DNA from: a virus
Lineage: Duplodnaviria > Caudoviricetes
DNA: 64,000 nt
Reading direction: 5' to 3' (one strand)
Virus record (IMG/VR): IMGVR_UViG_3300032233_002329
Coordinates: 2,427 to 66,426 of that record
In this document: positions 1-7,584 of the stretch, piece by piece
How positions within the stretch are numbered: position 1 is the stretch's first letter
How the letters are laid out: the number at the start of each line of letters is the position of its first letter
Translations under genes and position numbers: made by a program
Notes under the pieces: model-generated
What the model was told of the DNA's origin: nothing
Databases searched by the model: none
The model's input: the letters and a program-made list of their open reading frames with translations, nothing else

Positions 1-267
1 GATGGATATGTCCATCAGGTGGCCTACCGCGTTGATGGATCCGAGAACGGTTTCTTTTCGTCCTTCACCAGCAAGGCGTTCCTCGCCCGCCCAGTTGATG
101 AACTCGTTCCATTCGAGGACCTAACAGAGGCACTTGTACTGAGCTGGATCCTAAATTCAATCGGCGCAGATGCTATCGCTGCGATCGAGAGGGGAATCGA
201 GGCCGAGCTGCAGGACCAACAATTCCCGCGAGTTGCTCACGGCCTCCCACCAGCATTCCACAGCTGA
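1..267 (+). CDS. conserved phage tail-region protein (DUF7936-like), 5'-truncated
   Basis: Frame 1 is open from base 1 (DGYVHQVAYRVDG...LVPFEDLTEALVLSW...IEAELQDQ); resembles a small family common downstream of aquatic phage fibre genes (recalled, not searched). Confidence 0.55.
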   Translation, partial: DGYVHQVAYRVDGSENGFFSSFTSKAFLARPVDELVPFEDLTEALVLSWILNSIGADAIAAIERGIEAELQDQQFPRVAHGLPPAFHS

Positions 268-341
268 AAACTCTTATCCAGATCTTCATTAACGACCCCT
301 AGAAGAGGGTCAGTAAACTAGGTCTATCAATCCTCATTTAG

Positions 342-479
342 ATGGATCCCACTACTCTGGCTATTGGCGCCATCCTCGTTAGTGCCATTTCTGAGATCTT
401 GCCGTTTACTCCGCTCAAAGCAAACGGCATTGTGCAGTTCATCCTGCAAGTTGCTCGCCTGACCTTCCCAAAGCGCTAA
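342..479 (+). CDS. holin-like small membrane protein (45 aa), below ORF-track cutoff
   Basis: ATG 342, TAA 477-479; MDPTTLAIGAILVSAISEILPFTPLKANGIVQFILQVARLTFPKR; hydrophobic helix plus amphipathic helix with basic tail; next to the endolysin. Confidence 0.6.
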   Translation: MDPTTLAIGAILVSAISEILPFTPLKANGIVQFILQVARLTFPKR

Positions 480-673
480 AGCGGGACATCGAGATTCAGG
501 TAGAGGTCACCGCTGCGATCGAGCAGTACGAAGCAAGCCTCCCGCCTGAACCCCCTGCAGTGCCTGCGCCGATCTACATCGAGCACGCAATAGATCCCGA
601 ACTTCAAACCGGGGATTCATTGGATTTGGGTGGAGCGATGGAGCTAAAAGCTCCCTGGCTAGACGAGCAGTAA
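467..673 (+). CDS. -1 frame extension of the holin-like gene (putative frameshift product)
   Basis: The open -1 frame PKALKRDIEIQVEVTAAIEQYE...GGAMELKAPWLDEQ has no upstream start codon and can be entered at the slippery heptamer C CCA AAG (467-473). Confidence 0.5.
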   Translation, partial: PKALKRDIEIQVEVTAAIEQYEASLPPEPPAVPAPIYIEHAIDPELQTGDSLDLGGAMELKAPWLDEQ

Positions 674-731
674 AAAGCAGCAATTAGCTTATGAACACCA
701 AAGCTAAACTGCTTACAGATGCGCCTGTCCA

Positions 732-980
732 GTGTCCAGCCCCGAGTCACCACAGGGGTTTTGGCGCGGCGTCAAACAAGAAGCAATAGCCGGACTAGCT
801 GTTTTAGCCATTGGCTCAGCCGCTGCTGGTATTTTTTACCTGGTTTACACAGTTCCTACCAAACTTGACGACGTTCTGAGCAATCAAGAAATCATTCAAA
901 AAAAAGTTGGTGATATAGAAGACACCGTGCACGACCACGATGTTCGCATCATTAAGTTAGAAATGGGTAGAAGCCGTTAA
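732..980 (+). CDS. membrane-anchored coiled-coil lysis-cassette protein
   Basis: One TM segment (AIAGLAVLAIGSAAAGIFYLVYTV) followed by a heptad-like tail; convergent with the endolysin. Confidence 0.55.
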   Translation: MSSPESPQGFWRGVKQEAIAGLAVLAIGSAAAGIFYLVYTVPTKLDDVLSNQEIIQKKVGDIEDTVHDHDVRIIKLEMGRSR

Positions 981-2134
981 TACGTCCACTCTGCCGAAGG
1001 AGAAGCACCAGCACCTGGAACAAAACCTCCGCCTCCACGAATATCCAAATGGATAAAGCCCAGGCGACGCCCATCACCAAGACCACCACTCCACCGCCTG
1101 CGGATCCACTGGTAGAAATCATCAATTGTCCGATTGGTTGGGTATACATCCATGGCCTCACCGGAAACATGCTTCGAGCCTGAAGCACCCCCAACCTGCG
1201 TGTTAATAGGTTCCGGACGGTAAAAACTTGTGATTCCCAGTGGTGCCCCCCACGCATCACAAATCTGTTGATACTCAGCAGCAGTCCTGAGCAACCGAGC
1301 CCGATTAGCCGACGTAGCGGGAGGAATCCGATGCTTGTCCCACTGAAGAATTTCACCCACCGACAAATCAGGAGTCACATGGCAGCCAAAGTCGGCCCAA
1401 TTCACCGAGGCCGCCACTCCTTTACCCCTGGCTAAAACTCGCTTCCAATGAGGCTTGAAGATGTACCAAATCCCAGCGCCTCCAGCCAGCTCGACCCGGG
1501 CATGGCCCGTAGCCGGCAATTCCGAGTAAGCAGAAACCCCATACTCCTTGCCTGCTTCCGCTTCTACCTTCTGATCTTCAGCAAGCCCAGCGACCTGCTC
1601 AGCTTTCTTCTTGAGCCACGTGTCCTGATTGGCCTTGATCTTGAAGAGCACTGGCCTAGCCTTCGACTGCGGCTTAGACGCTTGAGACTTGTTTTGAGAC
1701 TGCCCCTTGGGAGCTTTATCCGCCATCAACTTGATCAGCTTCGCGGCGTAGCCCGGGTCAGTGGCATAGCCCTGCTTGACCAGCTCCTGGGCAGCCAACT
1801 CCCGATCAGCTGCGCAGTTGACGCCCTTGTAACCCTTGAAATCCTTGTACCAGCGGGACACCAGATACGACACACATGCACCGAGGTCGACGAAGTCCTG
1901 GAACTCCGCGTCGATGTGCACCCGGGCACCATTGACGAACTCTGTCGTCATCTGCGTGGTGCCATTCCCCTTGATCCCGAAGTAGTTGTTCTTACCACTG
2001 GTGCTCTTGCCCCAGCCCGACTCCAGCGCCCACTGCGCAGCCACGAGCTCGGGGTACTTAGCGCCTGCTGCCGTAGCCGCCGCCGTCACGCCCTCCCACG
2101 TATTAGGGAAGTTAGCGCTGGGATTGGAAGCCAT
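977..2134 (-). CDS. endolysin: N-terminal glucosaminidase (GH73/FlgJ-like) plus C-terminal M15A peptidase
   Basis: AQWALESGWG, NYFGIK and YATDPGY (GH73); TSFYR...GGASGSKH...AMD...FIHLD (M15A Zn ligands). Confidence 0.88.
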   Translation of the reverse strand: MASNPSANFPNTWEGVTAAATAAGAKYPELVAAQWALESGWGKSTSGKNNYFGIKGNGTTQMTTEFVNGARVHIDAEFQDFVDLGACVSYLVSRWYKDFKGYKGVNCAADRELAAQELVKQGYATDPGYAAKLIKLMADKAPKGQSQNKSQASKPQSKARPVLFKIKANQDTWLKKKAEQVAGLAEDQKVEAEAGKEYGVSAYSELPATGHARVELAGGAGIWYIFKPHWKRVLARGKGVAASVNWADFGCHVTPDLSVGEILQWDKHRIPPATSANRARLLRTAAEYQQICDAWGAPLGITSFYRPEPINTQVGGASGSKHVSGEAMDVYPTNRTIDDFYQWIRRRWSGGLGDGRRLGFIHLDIRGGGGFVPGAGASPSAEWTY

Positions 2135-2241
2135 GAATAGAGCCGCTCATGGCCCATTTTATGTAGTGAACACACTAGTCAACAGCCACAACTGCAGATA
2201 TCAAATTGACTGCAGTACCAAGGCTCTCAGCCGAGTCAAAT

Positions 2242-2287
2242 CACTTTGGGGTAGTGGGGGTCGCAGGTTCAAATCCTGTCGCTCCGA
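2242..2287 (+). other. attP core: 3' part of cyanobacterial tRNA-Pro(GGG)
   Basis: CACTTTGGGGTAGTG-GGGGTCGCAGGTTCAAATCCTGTC-GCTCCGA gives an anticodon arm, T-arm and 3' acceptor strand; the 5' half and D-arm are absent; about 110 bp upstream of the integrase. Confidence 0.85.
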
Positions 2288-2289
2288 TT

Positions 2290-2314
2290 CAGTCACACCA
2301 GTCAATCCCAGTCA
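2290..2314 (+). repeat. three CAGTCA direct repeats beside the att core
   Basis: Copies at 2290, 2299 and 2309 (9-10 bp period). Confidence 0.6.
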
Positions 2315-2318
2315 CAGA

Positions 2319-2350
2319 GCCGCTTCTACCCGGGAGCGGCTTTTTTGTTT
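2319..2350 (+). terminator. intrinsic terminator for the reconstituted tRNA
   Basis: GCCGCTTC-TACCCG-GGAGCGGC stem followed by TTTTTTGTTT. Confidence 0.8.
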
Positions 2351-2394
2351 CGACCCTCGTTGGGCCTACTTAGACCTAGCCTGACCCCAGGTTT

Positions 2395-2417
2395 TAGTGA
2401 ACGCTCTAGTGAACGCT
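2395..2417 (+). repeat. tandem TAGTGAACGCT repeats (candidate integrase arm sites)
   Basis: Identical 11-mers at 2395 and 2407; a third copy, TAGTGAAC, lies at 2164 on the other side of the core. Confidence 0.6.
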
Positions 2418-3491
2418 GCGCCCCTGGAAGCGGCCCTCAAGGAGCTGAACGAGCGGCTGAAAACCGGCAAGCACCGAGCCCGCGTTGAGCAGCGACGGCA
2501 ACGGCTTTATGCCAGAGCAACCCTGCCCGATCGCAACGACGCCACCCTGCTCCGTCAGCAAAGCCTGCCCCTCGGCCTCGACGCCAGCCTCGAGGGTGTC
2601 AAGGAAGCCGAGATGCACGCCCTGCGGCTGAGCTTCCAACTAAGGGACAGCACCTTCAAGTGGGCTGACTGGGCTGACAAGAGCGCAGCTCACCCCGAGA
2701 GCGAATCCCGGATCACAGTCGAAGACTTCCAGAAAGCCGCCAAGAAGTTCCACGCCAGCAAGTACCGCACCTCCCCCGAGCGCGGTGCCAACGCCTGGGC
2801 CAAGAAGTGGGCCCCAGCCCTGAAGAAGATGCCGCCCTCTGGCCCTGTAAACGAGGCCGTCCTGCTCCGCATAATCCGCACCATGCCGGAGGGCTCTGCA
2901 GGCCGCAGGGACCAGGGCAACCTCCTCTGCTCCGTCGGAGAGTCCCTCGGACTGGACCTCCCCCAAGCTCGTGCGGCCAGCCGCGGTTACGGGGCCGCCC
3001 AGCTCACCCCCCGCGACATCCCCTCCGACACCGAGATCGAAGAAATCTGGGCACGGATCAAGCTCCCGCATTGGCGATGGATGTGGGGCGTTTGCGCCGC
3101 CTATGGCCTCCGCCCACATGAGGTCGCACACCTCGAGATCCGCCCAGATGGAAAGTGCGAGGTGGGGGACAACACCAAAACCGGTAGCCGCATCTGCTCG
3201 GCATGCCCCAGCAGATGGATCACCAAGTTCCAGCTGCATGACCTTCCGCGGCCAACACAAGCCCCCGCCAACCTTGCCAAGGTCTTCGGCGACGCTCTTG
3301 ATCGTGATGGGATTGAACTGCGCCCCTACGTCCTGCGGCACGCCTACGCCATCAGGCTGATTAGCAGGAAGATCCCGATCACCATTTCCGCGCTGATGAT
3401 GGGCCACTCGGTGGACGTCCACACCCGGACCTACCACCGGTGGATCACCAAGGAGCAGGTACTAGCCGCACTCGATGGTTTCAACCTGTAG
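2397..3491 (+). CDS. int: tyrosine integrase
   Basis: Catalytic set GLRPHE, KTG, YVLRH, MMGH and TYHRW; adjacent to the tRNA-derived att core. Confidence 0.93.
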   Translation: MNALVNAAPLEAALKELNERLKTGKHRARVEQRRQRLYARATLPDRNDATLLRQQSLPLGLDASLEGVKEAEMHALRLSFQLRDSTFKWADWADKSAAHPESESRITVEDFQKAAKKFHASKYRTSPERGANAWAKKWAPALKKMPPSGPVNEAVLLRIIRTMPEGSAGRRDQGNLLCSVGESLGLDLPQARAASRGYGAAQLTPRDIPSDTEIEEIWARIKLPHWRWMWGVCAAYGLRPHEVAHLEIRPDGKCEVGDNTKTGSRICSACPSRWITKFQLHDLPRPTQAPANLAKVFGDALDRDGIELRPYVLRHAYAIRLISRKIPITISALMMGHSVDVHTRTYHRWITKEQVLAALDGFNL

Positions 3492-3527
3492 AGGTTGCAG
3501 TAGGATCCATTCAGATCCAGATAGACC

Positions 3528-3809
3528 ATGACAGACGACCTGCTCAATCGCATTGACTCTCTGGAGCGCAAGCTCGACCGCCTTCTGGACCTGTCCGGTG
3601 CCAACACCACGGACGGGGACTGGGTTGACAGTACCGAGTTCTGTCGTCTAGTTGGCGTCAAAGATCGCAAAGCTTTGACTTACCAAATGGCCAAAGGCGT
3701 CATCAGAGGTGAAGCCCTGCGCAACATCGGCACCGTCCAGCGGCCTCGCTACCGGTTTCACCGCACAAAAGCGGTTGACCAATTCCTGAATAGGACAAAC
3801 AAGGCTTGA
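3528..3809 (+). CDS. excisionase-like HTH protein
   Basis: WVDSTEFCRLVGV...YRFH resembles a winged-helix Xis; directly after int. Confidence 0.55.
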   Translation: MTDDLLNRIDSLERKLDRLLDLSGANTTDGDWVDSTEFCRLVGVKDRKALTYQMAKGVIRGEALRNIGTVQRPRYRFHRTKAVDQFLNRTNKA

Positions 3810-4040
3810 TCACCGAGGGCGTCCAGCATCGATCCCCTTCCACCTCTTCTCCTCAGCCTTCTCCTGCCAGGCATGAAACTGCGAGACCCGAGCCGAAGCC
3901 CGGGCTTTTTTCTTGCCCATATTCCAGTCGCTGAAGAACTGAGCGTCCGAAACCAGACGCTGGAGCAGCCCATTAGGTAAACGCTCGGCAACCCTGATGA
4001 GCTGCTTCAGCAACTGGGCTCGGACTTCCCCAGGACTCAC
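3810..4040 (-). CDS. hypothetical protein
   Basis: Fills the gap and overlaps the AbrB stop by 4 bp. Confidence 0.5.
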   Translation of the reverse strand: MSPGEVRAQLLKQLIRVAERLPNGLLQRLVSDAQFFSDWNMGKKKARASARVSQFHAWQEKAEEKRWKGIDAGRPR

Positions 4041-4378
4041 GCTGCTGCTTTGGGCACCAAGCGGATGGCATCGTCATCGAGAACGATTTCGAGCACGTCA
4101 CCTGCGTTTAGACCGAACTTCTTGGAGTACGTCTTGCCCAGCAGGATGATGCCGCTCTTGTGGACAGCTGTTTCGTACTGAGCGGTCTTGCCAGGTGCCT
4201 TGCCAACCTCAATGGTCAGGCCCTGAGCAGCCAACAGAGCGTTGTAAAACTGCTTGACCAAGACATTTGTCCGACCACTGGTGGTGGTTTTGACATAGCC
4301 AGCACCTTCGGCCAGCTCGGTTTGATTCAATTGATCGTTGGCTTTGACGTAGTCAATCAACGCTTTTCCAACCAGCAT
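4037..4378 (-). CDS. cyanobacterial-type AbrB (cyAbrB) transcription regulator
   Basis: MLVGKAL...ELAEGAGY...FYNALLAAQG...VHKSGIILLGKTY...GDVLEI; likely ATG at 4378. Confidence 0.85.
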   Translation of the reverse strand: MLVGKALIDYVKANDQLNQTELAEGAGYVKTTTSGRTNVLVKQFYNALLAAQGLTIEVGKAPGKTAQYETAVHKSGIILLGKTYSKKFGLNAGDVLEIVLDDDAIRLVPKAAA

Positions 4379-4439
4379 GTGAACAAAAGAGAGTTCTATC
4401 CAGATTAGGTCAGGCGAAGTCAAAAGGTAAATCGGGGTT

Positions 4440-6389
4440 TTACTTGGCGTCTGCCCAGGTTGGCCCTCGTCCTACTTCTGCCACGATCGGAACATTGGTA
4501 CAGATCTGATTGCCTGCTGCTTCCATCGATTCCTTGAGGATCTGACCCCAACGCTCCCCGTGGCCTTCTTTCACCTCGAGGACGATTTCATCGTGCACCA
4601 TGGCAATCAGCTTGGCCTCACCCACCGGTGCTGCACAGATGTGCTTCCACAACAGGGCAATGGCGAGCTTGGCGATGTCCCCAGCCGTGCCTTGAACCTG
4701 GGTGTTGATCCTGGTGGTGAACTTGTCGTTGAAGCCAACCAACATCCGACGACGCCCAAGCTTGGTGAACACAGCTGCTGTGGTTTTGTTCCCCTCGAGG
4801 CACTGCCACTTGTAGAGATCGGGATAGGCAGCCCGAAATCCTTGAACGATGTCCTTGGCCTCCTCTAGTTCCATGTCAATGCCGTACTGAGCAACGGCTT
4901 GCTTCTGCAACGTGGCTGGCCCTGATCCGTAGAGCAACCCAAAATTTGCGATTTTGGCGCTGGTCCTGGCCTCTCGGGTCACCTCATTAGGGTCGCATTT
5001 GGTGATCAATGCCGCGGTCTCGGTGTGCAAATCCCTCCCAGCCTTGTAGGCGTTGATCATCCGTTCTTCGCCAGATAGGTCAGCAGCAACCCGGAGTTCC
5101 ACCTGGCTGAAGTCAGCGAGCACGAGTTCGTAGCCAGCGTCAGGAACGAACTTGGACCTGAAGTCCTTACCCCGATTGACCTGCTGGAGGTTCGGCGAGG
5201 CCGCTGATAGACGCCCCGTTTCCGTCCCCATCTGCCTGTAGTTGCAGTGGATCCGGCCATCCGGACCAATCGACTCCAGCAGTTTCTCCATGTTGGAGAC
5301 CTTGGTAACCGCTGCCTTCCACTCGAGGTACTGATCAATCAACGGGTAATGACTGCGCAGAAAGGCCAGCAAGTTCTGATCAAGGCTGGGAGTTCCCTTC
5401 TCATCCGGTGGCAACAGGATTCCCGCTTGATCAAAGCGCTCCGCCATCTGTTTTGGCGCCCTCGGGTTGAACCCCTTGTACTGCTTGGTCCCTAGCCGCT
5501 TGTAACCCGAGTCCTTTTCCCGGGTGTTGAAGGTCCCATCTGGATCCCTGGGCAACCAGATATGGGGATCATTTGGATTGTTAGCCCTGATCTCAGCGTC
5601 CAGGTTCTCCAGAAACGCTCTCTTCATCGCATCCGAGCGCTCGGTCAGTTCTCCTAACAGCTGCTTGGCTCCCTCTTCATCAAAGCCAAACCCGTGCCAC
5701 TGCATGGTGGCGATCGGACGCAACACGTCCATCTCGAGCTTGAAGATTTCCCAGAGAGTGAAGCCATCGCGAACAACCGACAGCCTGAGAGCGGCAGTCA
5801 ACTCCGGAACAAGCCGGGGCAGGCAGATCACATCCCGCGCTGCATAGTGCAGCATTTCCTGGGTCTTCTCCCCGCCCCAATCAGCCTTCTGCAGCTCCTT
5901 GGGCATGGGAGCTTTTAGTACCCTATTTACAATCGACCCCAAATCATTCTTAGCCCCAGTTCCATTGTTGACGATCTTCGCTGCGATCATCGTGTCGAAC
6001 AATCTGCCCCCAAGAACAACGCCCTCGGCACGCAGAAAGTTCAGATCAAATGCCGCATTCTGAAGTACCTTCGGGGTCTTCGACTCCAAGAAGTCCTTTA
6101 GCTGGGCCAAGCCACTGGTCTCCCAAGGGACTTCTCTTTCACCCTCTGCGCGCCAACCATCGAGGTCGACTATCAGGGCAAAATCCTCAGTCCCTATCTG
6201 AATTAAGCAAACCTTATCAGTCAGCGGATTAAGCCCAGTTGTTTCGGTGTCAACCCCAACAATGCAGTTCCGATCTGCAATCTCCTTGAGGCGACGTCTA
6301 AGCAATCCCTCTTGATGCGGACCTGATACATAGTCAAAATCGACACACGCGAGGGCGTGGATATGCGCTTCAGTCTTTAGCGATGGCAT
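4440..6389 (-). CDS. polA: family A DNA polymerase with 3'-5' exonuclease
   Basis: Exo motifs DTETTG, NAAFD and YAARD; motif A DFSQVELR, motif B RTSAKIANFGLLYG, motif C HDEI. Confidence 0.95.
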   Translation of the reverse strand: MPSLKTEAHIHALACVDFDYVSGPHQEGLLRRRLKEIADRNCIVGVDTETTGLNPLTDKVCLIQIGTEDFALIVDLDGWRAEGEREVPWETSGLAQLKDFLESKTPKVLQNAAFDLNFLRAEGVVLGGRLFDTMIAAKIVNNGTGAKNDLGSIVNRVLKAPMPKELQKADWGGEKTQEMLHYAARDVICLPRLVPELTAALRLSVVRDGFTLWEIFKLEMDVLRPIATMQWHGFGFDEEGAKQLLGELTERSDAMKRAFLENLDAEIRANNPNDPHIWLPRDPDGTFNTREKDSGYKRLGTKQYKGFNPRAPKQMAERFDQAGILLPPDEKGTPSLDQNLLAFLRSHYPLIDQYLEWKAAVTKVSNMEKLLESIGPDGRIHCNYRQMGTETGRLSAASPNLQQVNRGKDFRSKFVPDAGYELVLADFSQVELRVAADLSGEERMINAYKAGRDLHTETAALITKCDPNEVTREARTSAKIANFGLLYGSGPATLQKQAVAQYGIDMELEEAKDIVQGFRAAYPDLYKWQCLEGNKTTAAVFTKLGRRRMLVGFNDKFTTRINTQVQGTAGDIAKLAIALLWKHICAAPVGEAKLIAMVHDEIVLEVKEGHGERWGQILKESMEAAGNQICTNVPIVAEVGRGPTWADAK

Positions 6390-6412
6390 CGTGGTGTAAC
6401 CAGAGAACGTAA

Positions 6413-6640
6413 ATGGATAACCTCTCGCTCCAATTCGCAGAGGCCGCAGCTCTCCAAGACGTTGATAGGTGCACCAACCTCGAAGACCTGAAAAAACTGA
6501 CCAAGCTCCTGATCAAGGGTCATTTCCAATCCAGGGGCTTCATCGCCACACTCATGAAACAGAACCTTGACGAGATGACCCGCTCCGCATTGCAGAACGA
6601 GCCATCCAAATCATGCCTAGGTCAGGCGCCAGCCAACTGA
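6413..6640 (+). CDS. NblA-like two-helix protein (tentative)
   Basis: LSLQF...VDRCTNLEDLKKLTKLLI...LMKQ is colinear with the picocyanobacterial/cyanophage NblA-type pattern as recalled. Confidence 0.5.
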   Translation: MDNLSLQFAEAAALQDVDRCTNLEDLKKLTKLLIKGHFQSRGFIATLMKQNLDEMTRSALQNEPSKSCLGQAPAN

Positions 6641-7401
6641 GTCTTGAACTTGCTCAGGGTCTCGACCAACCAGGAGCGCCTGTAGCTCTTGACCTGACGG
6701 GGAGCACCATCCACAAACTGCTGACGCTTGGGTGGCTCAGTCCCGAAGTCTTCGCGATAGGCGTTGGCCACCAAAGTGCCTGCCGACTTGTACTGCGTCC
6801 TCGGTAATGCCTGCTGAAACACCTCCATCCAGGCATCACTCAGGGTCATTTCGTCATCGCCGGGCAGTGCAGGCACCGAGCCTGTGGTCAGCTTGAGCAG
6901 CTGATTGCGAGCGATGTCCTTGAACAGGAGCTGATCACGCTCATCGATCCCACCTAGCTCGCAATACAGGCTGGTGATATCCCGGACCAGAGCCATGGTG
7001 CGCTCAGCGGTCTCGAGAGGCAAAAGTGCTGAATAGGCAGGCTGAGTGTCCCGCACTTGGGACGCCTTAGCTTCCAGCTCTTGCCAAAACCACTCATCCA
7101 TCCAGACGGCAAAATCGGCGCTAATCCAGCGAGCAAAGTCAACCGCGAGTCGAGGGTGAATCCAGGTCCCTTCACCCGGCTTGGCGATGTAAAGAGCCGC
7201 TACACGGATTCCCGTGTTTGTTGACAAAGCCTCCAGGTATGCGCTAGCGCGATCGGTCTCCCTGTAGTGGGACCACTGCTTGCCGCTGGCCTTAGCCATA
7301 GCAGTCGCATTGACGTACCCATCGGTAGTCCTGCGGCTAATCGGAGTCCCATTCCATGAACGGGACACGAGCTTGTTGCTATCAGAAGAAAGGAAAGTCA
7401 T
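6622..7401 (-). CDS. KilA-N domain protein (antirepressor-like)
   Basis: DGYVNATAMAKA...GTWIHPRLAVDFARWISADF; likely ATG at 7401. Confidence 0.88.
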   Translation of the reverse strand: MTFLSSDSNKLVSRSWNGTPISRRTTDGYVNATAMAKASGKQWSHYRETDRASAYLEALSTNTGIRVAALYIAKPGEGTWIHPRLAVDFARWISADFAVWMDEWFWQELEAKASQVRDTQPAYSALLPLETAERTMALVRDITSLYCELGGIDERDQLLFKDIARNQLLKLTTGSVPALPGDDEMTLSDAWMEVFQQALPRTQYKSAGTLVANAYREDFGTEPPKRQQFVDGAPRQVKSYRRSWLVETLSKFKTQLAGA

Positions 7402-7478
7402 GTAGGTTGTGCGGAGCAATGCTCCGGTCTTGGTTGGCGGAGCGGCGCGACCACCAGCGGTGAACGGTGGTGTCGCAG

Positions 7479-7505
7479 AAGGAGGGGCTCCCCACCCCTC
7501 CTTTT
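7479..7505 (+). terminator. terminator-like hairpin antisense to the KilA-N leader
   Basis: AAGGAGGGG-CTCCCCA-CCCCTCCTT followed by TT. Confidence 0.5.
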
Positions 7506-7518
7506 GCCGTATCTGGGC

Positions 7519-7547
7519 ATCCTAAGAGGTATTCCTGATTTGGACAA
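7519..7547 (-). promoter_or_regulatory. sigma-70-type promoter for the KilA-N gene
   Basis: Minus strand TTGTCC-N17-TAGGAT. Confidence 0.6.
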
Positions 7548-7584
7548 CGCTGAGCGCTACAGATAGTGGCGCTGGTGGTGGGCG

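Noticed and set aside
2215-2290. Intact tRNA-Pro gene
   Set aside because: Only the anticodon arm to the 3' end is present; upstream sequence cannot form the D-arm or 5' acceptor strand. Treated as the att core.
4440-6389. 2-aminoadenine (Z-genome) or other base-modification system
   Set aside because: No PurZ, DatZ, MazZ, methyltransferase or glycosyltransferase gene was recognised in the window.
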